This document shows positions 43,250 to 43,280 of a DNA stretch of 43,280 bases, in pieces (position 1 is the stretch's first letter; each line of letters starts with the position of its first letter). The notes below the pieces were generated by a model. That model did no database searches. It was not told the DNA's origin and saw only the letters and a list, made by a program, of their open reading frames with translations. Both the position numbers and the translations under genes were made by a program. Source of the DNA: Myxococcales bacterium (GTDB lineage Bacteria; Myxococcota; Myxococcia; Myxococcales; 40CM-4-68-19); the NCBI GenBank assembly GCA_045802765.1, contig JBJMQJ010000204.1, positions 1 to 43,280 of the forward strand, given 5' to 3'.

Positions 43250-43280
43250 GCGATCTGACGTACCTGTACTGCGTGGTCCA
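43246..43280 (+). CDS. 5' end of a further gene, probably a second GvpF/GvpL; truncated by the window
   Basis: The ATG at 43246 overlaps the ATPase stop (ATGA). MSDLTYLYCVV resembles the YxYxxV N-terminus of GvpF/L (compare YVYCII at 40134). Only 11 codons are visible. Confidence 0.4.
   Translation, partial: MSDLTYLYCVV

Noticed and set aside
1-43280. Search by eye for CRISPR arrays, tRNA or rRNA genes, transposases, integrases and phage or defence-system genes.
   Set aside because: I saw no regularly spaced direct repeats, no cloverleaf-like conserved tRNA segments in the short intergenic regions, and no recombinase or defence-type motifs. The window looks like core chromosome apart from the gvp locus and the 33.6-kb palindromic element. 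A tRNAscan, Infernal or defence-finder run would be needed to exclude these formally.

Overview
This is a 43.3-kb, very GC-rich (roughly 70%) bacterial chromosomal segment. Strong G/C bias at third codon positions creates many long spurious antisense and read-through ORFs in the six-frame track. The gene content suggests a Myxococcota-like genome, but that is inference only. I read about 45 genes by eye; no searches were run, so start codons are best guesses.

Genes, left to right:
- A marR-mdtABC efflux operon with chained start/stop overlaps.
- A class A penicillin-binding protein (PBP) and a zinc-ribbon/HExxH membrane protease.
- gstA, crcB and a tandem-DUF190 gene.
- A B12/radical-SAM enzyme, an RNA methyltransferase, a secreted coiled-coil protein, an alpha/beta hydrolase, a superoxide dismutase (SOD) and a P-loop kinase.
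- M20, M48 and M1 peptidases and a receiver-EAL protein.
- An MBL-fold hydrolase with no in-frame stop codon.
- A redox neighbourhood: a ParB/Srx-like protein, thioredoxin, a SelW/Rdx-like selenoprotein and a pirin.
- A long PilT paralogue, a DUF72 protein, a roughly 100-nt AT-rich palindromic element, a PLP-dependent dehydratase and a UdgX-type uracil-DNA glycosylase.
- From about 35.9 kb to the right edge, a gas-vesicle (gvp) locus.

Most interesting observations:
1. The gvp locus has an unusual build. It contains a gvpJ-like gene, gvpA, a GAF/PAS histidine kinase with a receiver embedded inside the structural operon, gvpF/L, gvpG, a fused double Get3/ArsA-type ATPase with a CxxC motif in each half, and a second gvpF/L cut by the window edge. 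A receiver and a STAS protein sit divergently upstream.
2. The SelW/Rdx selenoprotein gene has an in-frame TGA and a SECIS-like hairpin. The ORF track misses it.
3. The uracil-DNA glycosylase carries the KRRIH signature of UdgX.

No rRNA, tRNA, CRISPR array or transposase was recognised.
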